DNA of 64,000 bases from Eledone cirrhosa. Taxonomy: Eukaryota. The translations under genes and the position numbers were made by a program. Below the pieces are notes generated by a model. That model was given only the letters and a program-made list of their open reading frames with translations, did no database searches and was not told the origin of the DNA. Position 1 is the first letter of the stretch. Each line of letters starts with the position of its first letter. The stretch is from the NCBI GenBank assembly GCA_964016885.1, contig OZ024742.1, positions 101,308,001 to 101,372,000 on the forward strand, in the 5' to 3' direction. Shown piece by piece: positions 56,075-64,000 of this stretch.

Positions 56075-57310
56075 CACTTCCTTATTCCTCCAGTTGGGCT
56101 GTCTTGTGTAACTGTCTCTGACTGTGTGTAACTCTCCTATTGTTGGTCGTCTATGTATACGAGTCGGTGAATGTATACGTATGCCTGTGGGAGGATATTG
56201 ATCTGGATATTGGGGTGTGCAGGTGAGTGGGTGTGTATGTTAATAAGCACCCCTGTTTGGCACAGTGGATGTAACCCATCCACGCTCGCCTACCCACCAT
56301 TGGTGCATTGGTGGGTCTATCCTGACGTATATCTTGTGGATCTGTACCTCTGTATGCGCATGAGTTGTGATGTAATGTACTTATGTAAAGCGTGTACTGT
56401 GATTTAGGCTGCACTAATAGAAATTTAGCCTGTAACCGTGGGCGGACCTGTGCCATCCTGCCGTAAGCAGTGGATGCGTGGCGCATGTACGTGTTGCCCT
56501 CATATTCTGTGGTTTAAGATCTACAGGCTGACCTCTGGGAGCTCTTGCCCGGGGTTGTAGTCTTTCTAGCACGATCGGCCTTCCTTATATTGACGGTCGT
56601 TGTTATGATCCCGAAAGTAACGTTTTGGCCCCGATAGCCCTCCGTAGTTACTAACGGTCTGTGTACACTTGAATCAGGCAATGGCACGTGCAGACATGAA
56701 TATCTCCGTAGGATTTCAACTTTATTTTACTACATCTCATCGTATGTATTTATTTTGAATGTATTACCTGTGGTGGTGGGTCTGGCCTAATGTGGTATTT
56801 CGGTGTTTAATATCAGCTTTGACCCGGGTGTCCTACGCTGTGTGTGTGTACGTGTATACATTTATATGTGTATGGGTGTAGGTGGTTGTATGTGTCTGTA
56901 TATATAAAAAATATATATATATATATATGTATACCGTCTCTGCATATGCATGTGGTGTGTATATGTGCATATACGTGCTGAACATATTGATGTGTACAAT
57001 CTTGTGATGTCCCAATGCGGTGACTTAGTGGCTCTTGAAGCTATTTTTTATATATCTTCTGTCTTTTTATATATCTTTTGTATGCGCTCCAACTGTGTCT
57101 GCTCGCTTTGGCTAACCCGCCTGCACCTCGCTTGCTAATGCACGTGAATTCTTCTACCTCCCTTCGATGCACCTCTCTTTGACCATTGGACTCCTGCCCG
57201 GGTGTGAACCGGTTTGTGATTACCCCACCGCTCAACTGTGTGAATGCACACCTGCGACTTTCGAGTGAACTTTTGAGACTGCCCAACCTGGGACGCCTCC
57301 ATTGCCTTGC

Positions 57311-57468
57311 AATGGTCAAGTGATACTGATGACTGTGACACTTAGTGCCTTCGTGGGCCCCTGATGTTTTCAAGAAATATATTTTAAAAGAATGGTCAAG
57401 TGATACACATAACTGTGACACTTAGTGCCTTCGTGGGCCCCTGATATATTCAAGAGATATATTTTAAA
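57311..57468. repeat. Tandem duplication, ~80-bp unit x2
   Basis: AATGGTCAAGTGATAC...CTGTGACACTTAGTGCCTTCGTGGGCCCCTGAT occurs twice. Confidence 0.9.
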
Positions 57469-57544
57469 AAAATATATATCTTATCTCAATTTACTTTATT
57501 TCATTTTATTTTATTTTATTTCATTTCATGTTATCTAATTTTAT

Positions 57545-57619
57545 TTATATATATATATATTATATATATATATATTATATATATTATATATATATATTAT
57601 ATATATTATATATATATAT

Positions 57620-57676
<57 letters not shown>

Positions 57677-57990
57677 ATTATATATATATATTATATATAT
57701 ATATTATATATATATATTATATATATATATTATATATTATATATTATATATTATATATATATATTATATATTATATATATATATTATATATATATATTAT
57801 ATATATATATTATATATATATATTATATATTATATATTATATATTATATATATATATTATATATATATATTATATATTATATATATATATTATATATATA
57901 TATATATTATATATATATATTATATATATATATATATTATATATATATATATATTATATATATATATTATATATTATATATATTATATAT

Positions 57991-58025
<35 letters not shown>

Positions 58026-58035
58026 ATATATATAT

Positions 58036-58068
<33 letters not shown>

Positions 58069-58226
58069 ATATATATATTATATATATATATATATATTAT
58101 ATATATATATTATATATACTATATATATATATATAATATATATAAATATATATATATATATTATATATATATAATATATATATATATTATATATATATAA
58201 TATATTATATATATTATATATATATA

Positions 58227-58268
<42 letters not shown>

Positions 58269-58327
58269 ATATATATTATTATATATATATATATTATATA
58301 TTATATATATATATATATATTATATAT

Positions 58328-58361
<34 letters not shown>

Positions 58362-58434
58362 ATATATATTATATATATTATATATATATATATAATATAT
58401 ATATATATTATATATATATAATATATATTATATA

Positions 58435-58503
<69 letters not shown>

Positions 58504-58582
58504 TTATATATATATATAATATATATATATATAATATATATATATAATATATATATATATATATAATATATTATATATATTT

Positions 58583-58614
<32 letters not shown>

Positions 58615-59778
58615 TTTATATTTATATATATATATTTTATATATATATATTATATATATTTTATATTTATATATATATTTTTTATATATATATATATATT
58701 ATATATATATTTTATATATATATATTATATATATATTTTATATATATATATTATATATATATTTTATATATATATATTATATATATATTTTATATATATA
58801 TTTTATATATATATTTTATATATATATATTATATATATATTTTATATATATATTATATATATATTTTATATATATATTTTATATATATATATTATATATA
58901 TATTTTATATATATATATTATATATATATTTTATATATATATTATATATATATTTTATATATATATTTTATATATATATATTATATATATATATTATATA
59001 TATATTTTATATATATATATTATATATATATTTTATATATATATTATATATATATTTTATATATATATATATATATATTTTATATATATATTTTATATAT
59101 ATATTTTATATATATATCTTATATATATTTTATATATATATTTTATATATATATATATTATATATATATTTTATATATATATTTTATATATATATATTAT
59201 ATATATATATTTTATATATATATTTTATATATATATATTTTATATATATATATTTTATATATATATTTTATATATATATTTTATATATATATTTTATATA
59301 TATATTTTATATATATATTTTATATATATATATTTTATATATATATTTTATATATATATTTTATATATATATATTATATATATATTTTATATATATATAT
59401 TATATATATTTTATATATATATTTTATATATATATATTATATATATATTTTATATATATATTTTATATATATATATTATATATATATTTTATATATATAT
59501 ATTATATATATATTTTATATATATATATTATATATATAATATATTATATATATTTATATATATTTTTATATATTTTATATATATATATATATTATATATA
59601 TATATTTTATATATATATTTTATATATATATTTTATATATATATTTTATATATATATATTTTATATATTTTATATATATATATTTTATATATATATTTTA
59701 TATATATATATTTTATATATATATATATTGTATATATATATATTGTATATATATATATTGTATATATATATTATTATA
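57545..59778. repeat. Degenerate (TA)n array with TATTA, TAATA and TATTTTA sub-domains
   Basis: Direct inspection; ends at an RTE-type tail remnant (59779-59811). Confidence 0.95.
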
Positions 59779-59855
59779 TCATCATCATTTTACGTCCGCT
59801 TTTCCCTGCTTTCCCTTATTATATATACATTTTTATATATATATTATTATATATA

Positions 59856-59965
59856 TAAGGATGAAAGGCAAAGTTAACCTCGGCGGGATTTGAACTCGGA
59901 TCGTAAAGGGACGTAACTATGATGGAAAGCATGGCGTCCGACCCTCTACCTATACTCCCAATCCA
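59856..59965 (-). mobile_element. Meta-domain SINE, 5' half
   Basis: Reverse complement of 2121-2230. Confidence 0.8.
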
Positions 59966-60354
59966 CGAAAGTTAACTTGTATTAAATAACGAAAGTATTG
60001 TAATCTTTATATTTCTCATATATATGGATTGAATCATGTTAAAATTTCAATGTTTTCCATTTTTTAGTATATTTTAAAACATATCCCTTAGTTTTTTTCT
60101 TTCTCAATCTGTAAACCTTGCCCTGGCACAATAAGATTTTCTATGGGACAAGTCAAGAAGAGTCAAAGGTAGAAAAAAAAGTGGGTGCTAGTTTGGCACC
60201 AAAACATGCAAAATATCGAAAGTGGAATTCGTAGCAACGAAACCTATTTTGTAGTGACGATTTAGATGTGTATAGTAAATACTACACGGATTATTGAATT
60301 TATATCCCAATGATTGTTCTGGGTTTTCTCTTTGAAAGAGTATAGCATTATTTC

Positions 60355-60507
60355 CTATGCTTTCCAGCATAGTTACGTCCATTTACGGTCTGGGTTCAAA
60401 TCCCGTCGAGGTTAACTTTGCCTTTCATTCTTACCGGGTCGATAAAATAAAGTACCAGTAATCAACTGGGTAATTGCTGGCCTTGTGCCAAAAGTAGAAA
60501 CAATTAT
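60355..60507 (+). mobile_element. Meta-domain SINE
   Basis: GGGTTCAAATCCC...GCCTTTCATTCTTACCGGGTCGATAAAATAAAGTACCAG. Confidence 0.85.
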
Positions 60508-60744
60508 TTCCTATAACATGTGTGTTGCCATATCATGTTATTAAAATAATGTATGTGCTGTTGGCATTCTGTGTATATCCAGTTTAAAGTCGGTACACAA
60601 TATCCCTCCGTATTGTAAAAGGTGACTAAAATCAGTTGGTGTCGGAAGGGCATTTTTGGCTGTAAAACATTCTTAAAAATTACCCCATGGTGGGTAAAAA
60701 AAAAACGATTAAGTCTGCAAGGCTACCCTGCTTTATCAGGGGTA

Positions 60745-60882
60745 ATAATTGTTTTTAGTTTTGGCACAAGGCTAGCAAATATCCAGTGCATTACTGGTAC
60801 TTTATTTTATCCACCCCGTAAGGATGAAAGGCAAAGTTAACCTCGGTGGGATTTGAACTCAGAATGGCAAGGGCCGTAACTC
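60745..60882 (-). mobile_element. Meta-domain SINE
   Basis: Reverse-complement match to the same family. Confidence 0.8.
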
Positions 60883-61989
60883 TGTACAGGAATATATATA
60901 TATATATATACACGCACACATTAAAAAATAGTGTTTCTGATTGCAGAGCAACCATCTGACTAGTGGCAATTTTTTCTAAATTTTACATCTTTATAACTTT
61001 AAAATGTTTTAGATTGAGATAAAATGGTGTGCATTGAGCCAGAAAGGCTTGGAACCATTGATCTACGATTTCAAAATCGGTATTTTTTTTTAAAGCCTAA
61101 CTGCAGTTAAAGAAGGGGTTAAAAAAATCTATATTTAAAAAATTACCTTTCCGCTTTCTAATTTATCCTTTTTTTTTTAAATATATATATATATATATAT
61201 ACTCCTATTTCTAGCAGGTATAGAAAAGGCCTAATCTCATTTTATGTGAACTCCATATACAGACACATGGTGTTGCCCCTATTCCCTCACGGCTAACGTG
61301 TCCTTTGTATAAACTTCGTACAACGCTTCAAAGAAAATGTTATATTAAAGCAACGGGGGTGTCGAAGTATGGTGAGATATAGTAAGAACGAAAGAAAGCT
61401 AGACAAGATTAAAAGTGGTTGTGTTATAGAGAAGGGAGAAAGAAAATTGCTCTCAGTTGATAAATGGGTCGTTCTGAAGTGTTTTGTGTGGAGTTGTGTG
61501 TTAAGGTGAAGATGTTTGTATAGACTAATTCTATCGTTTAATATATGTCGGTATGTTGACCCACTTCTGAGGCAGCCGGATCTTAAATACAGCTTTATCT
61601 ATTTAAGGCTGTAAACGAGGTTTAAATTACTAAATTCTCAAAAACGTTTTTTTTCTCCATCACCCTTTTGATAAACAAGCCGATCGAAACCACTCCTTGT
61701 TCTACGATACAAAACTGTTTATAAAGTGTTATCTAAAACCCTTCCATCTATTTTATGTAATGAGAAATCCGTCCTAATCTTTCATAACAAAAAAAAATTC
61801 TCGATTATATTCAAAATTATTTGACAACTATAAGCAATGTCTGTAATTAAAAATGTTAACGAAATGATTAGCCCTTTCCGTGACATTATTTCTTGTGAAA
61901 TACACCGCTTATATGATTTTAAGTAAAGAGAATTTGTAGATTTAGTAAAATAGCTAGTTCTTTTTCATTACATTAGTATTTGGAACTTA

Positions 61990-62101
61990 TAATTGTTTCT
62001 ACTTTTGACACAAGGCCAGTAATTATCCTAGTGCATTACTGGTACTTTATTTTATCGACCCCGTAAGGATGAAAGGCAAAGTTAACCTCGGCGGGATTTG
62101 A
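61990..62101 (-). mobile_element. Meta-domain SINE, 5'-truncated
   Basis: Reverse-complement match to the same family. Confidence 0.8.
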
Positions 62102-63330
62102 GATTAACTTTGCCTATATGAACACCTGGTTGGTCTGAAAAAAAAGTATTAATTTTTAGGAAATTAATGCAAAAGTTCAGATACGAGAGTAAAACAATCT
62201 CTTCAAATATTGTAGAATTACTGTAAACCTTAATGTTTTACCGTCAATTATTTATTGGTCTATCCTAATACATGGTCCGTTATTGTTGTTGGCTTGCCTT
62301 TTGAAGTATCAGGCGATTTTCTGTTGAGGTGTTTGCCTATTCCAATACCTCAGCCTCGCTATCACTCTACCATACTAACGTATTAGGTGGTGGTGGGGTA
62401 TTTCAGCACCATAAACTCGCTTTTACCCACGCTACCGGTCATGTTTTGGCTTTTAGCATTTTAGAGAAACACCAGCATTTGCTGCTGTTTAAATTCTCCC
62501 GTTTTTTGTTTTGTTTTTCTGATTAATTTCTATTGTTTTGTTTACATTTAAATAAAACGGTTTTTCCATCTCTAAAGTAAAATTAAATTGATGTAAGCCT
62601 TCCTCTTCTGTCTGAAAAAAACAACAAAAAAAAAAAACGAATAACATAGTAAAGATAGTTGTAAATAGGATATTTCAGAATGAATAAAGGATAAGCAATA
62701 TTAGTTGATGCTCGTAAGGCTGCTTAGCTGTTTCAAAGTGTCTGCCTCGTTAATGCCTGCAATAATGCCAAGAGTGTTTCAAGACCCTTCAAAATCCCTC
62801 CACTTGATTATTGGAAAATCATAAGTACTATTTCATGAGAAATATGGTAACGAAGATTAATGGTCCTGTCTTGCCACATATCTGGAATACTCAACAGCTT
62901 ACATGTTAATTAACTAGTGAATCGGGTGTTCGGGTTGACTAGATAACTGTTCTCTATTCCAGAGCTGCTAGATATTCTACAGTCCCACCTGAGGGAGAAT
63001 GTATTTTATTCCACTGGTAATGTTAAAATACCACCAATGTAGTTAGCTGTTTCTTCCCCAAATCTCTGACTGTATTAGACATGTTTATATATGTAACCAA
63101 TGAATTTTATGTCATTTTCTAGTATATTAGGTGCATATTTTAACCCTAATATGTCAATCTGCTTTCACCCTATACCCCGAAAGGATCATATAGTTAATTT
63201 CTGTCCCTTATCAAGCATTGGGTGACTTGAGATCTCCATTAAACATGGTTACAAGTTCCCAAGTCATACAAATGTCTGCCAAGTCCTTCACACACCTCAA
63301 CCAGATTTTGGAAAACTTTGACTCCTCATA

Positions 63331-63595
63331 TCATCATCATCATCATCATCATTATCATCATCAACGTTTAACGTCCGTGTTCCACGCTTGCATGGGTTTG
63401 GACGGGGGTTTTCCCACTTGAGGCAAGAGTGATTGTCTTGCTCGCATAGGACTGTCTGGCAGGTTTTCTACAGTTGGATGCCCTTCCTAACACCAACCAC
63501 ATTTACAGTGTGGGTCTGGGAGGTTTTTACCGTGTTGCCTACACGGCCACATTACAGCGTGGACTGTGTTTTTTTGTCGTGACACCTACACGATC
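63331..63595 (-). mobile_element. 5'-truncated SINE with RTE-type tail
   Basis: (CAT)n-TTTAACGTCCG...GGATGCCCTTCCTAACACCAACC as in 3355-3500. Confidence 0.75.
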
Positions 63596-63733
63596 TCATT
63601 TGTTTCGGCCTGGATGGTGTGGCACCAACATAACTTTACATAGAAGGGGGCGGTGTGGATGGAGTGGGGGTGGTGGGACGGGGGTATATTTTGTTAGAGA
63701 TGTCTACTGACTGTAGTAGGTTTTACTATGTAT

Positions 63734-64000
63734 TTAGGTAAGGCGGGTCTTCTCTATTACTGAGTACCGCCAAAGGTCTCGGTCCAGTGACATTGTCTTG
63801 GAGAGGTGTAAGTGTGTGAGGTCGGAGTTTATCAGCTCGTCCCAGGTTTTTCTAGGTCTGCCTATTCCGTGGCTACCGTCTATCTTTATTGCCCTGCATT
63901 TTGTTATACAGCTATCGACTTTCATGTGCATCACGTGTCCATACCAACGTAGCCTTCTCTCGAGTAAACATCTGATCCCTCTTATTTCTAATTTTTTCCT
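63734..64000 (-). mobile_element. RTE LINE C-terminal fragment (continues beyond the window)
   Basis: RRLRWYGHVMHM...GRPRKTWDE...DRDLWR, same family as 49306-50195. Confidence 0.88.

Noticed and set aside
60188-60382. Short minus-strand ORF as a possible host exon
   Set aside because: It starts inside a SINE, has no recognisable domain and has no convincing splice sites.
62700-63320. Very old LINE remnant (IDILGLKYAP on the minus strand)
   Set aside because: A single weak motif; too degraded to call.

Overview
AT-rich, microsatellite-dense animal genomic DNA. The SINE repertoire and (TA)n/(CA)n load suggest an octopus or other coleoid cephalopod (inference). I found no host gene exon I can support, and the window is almost entirely transposon debris. 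It holds three Helitron RepHel remnants plus a nest of non-autonomous Helitrons, a decayed hAT (Charlie/Buster-type) transposase, a second hAT fragment, and Tx1-, RTE- and CRE-type LINE fragments. It also holds Penelope-like (Neptune-type, GIY-YIG) elements, modular tRNA-derived SINEs (CORE, V and Meta domains), a mariner MITE, about 10 kb of degenerate (TA)n arrays and a 200-N gap. The ORF track misses two things. (1) There are nine type I hammerhead-ribozyme motifs (5 with intact cores, 2 decayed, 2 copies of a core variant), nearly all pointing into a nearby (TA)n tract; two sit back-to-back in a 354-bp element with 140-bp inverted arms that mirrors a 2.9-kb Neptune element. (2) A 37-bp palindrome is built of two Helitron 3' ends, each joined to a Helitron 5' end. 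Further foldback duplications, an intron inside a Helitron Rep gene and a SINE/LINE pair sharing a 3' tail are also visible. All calls were made by eye; no database searches were run.
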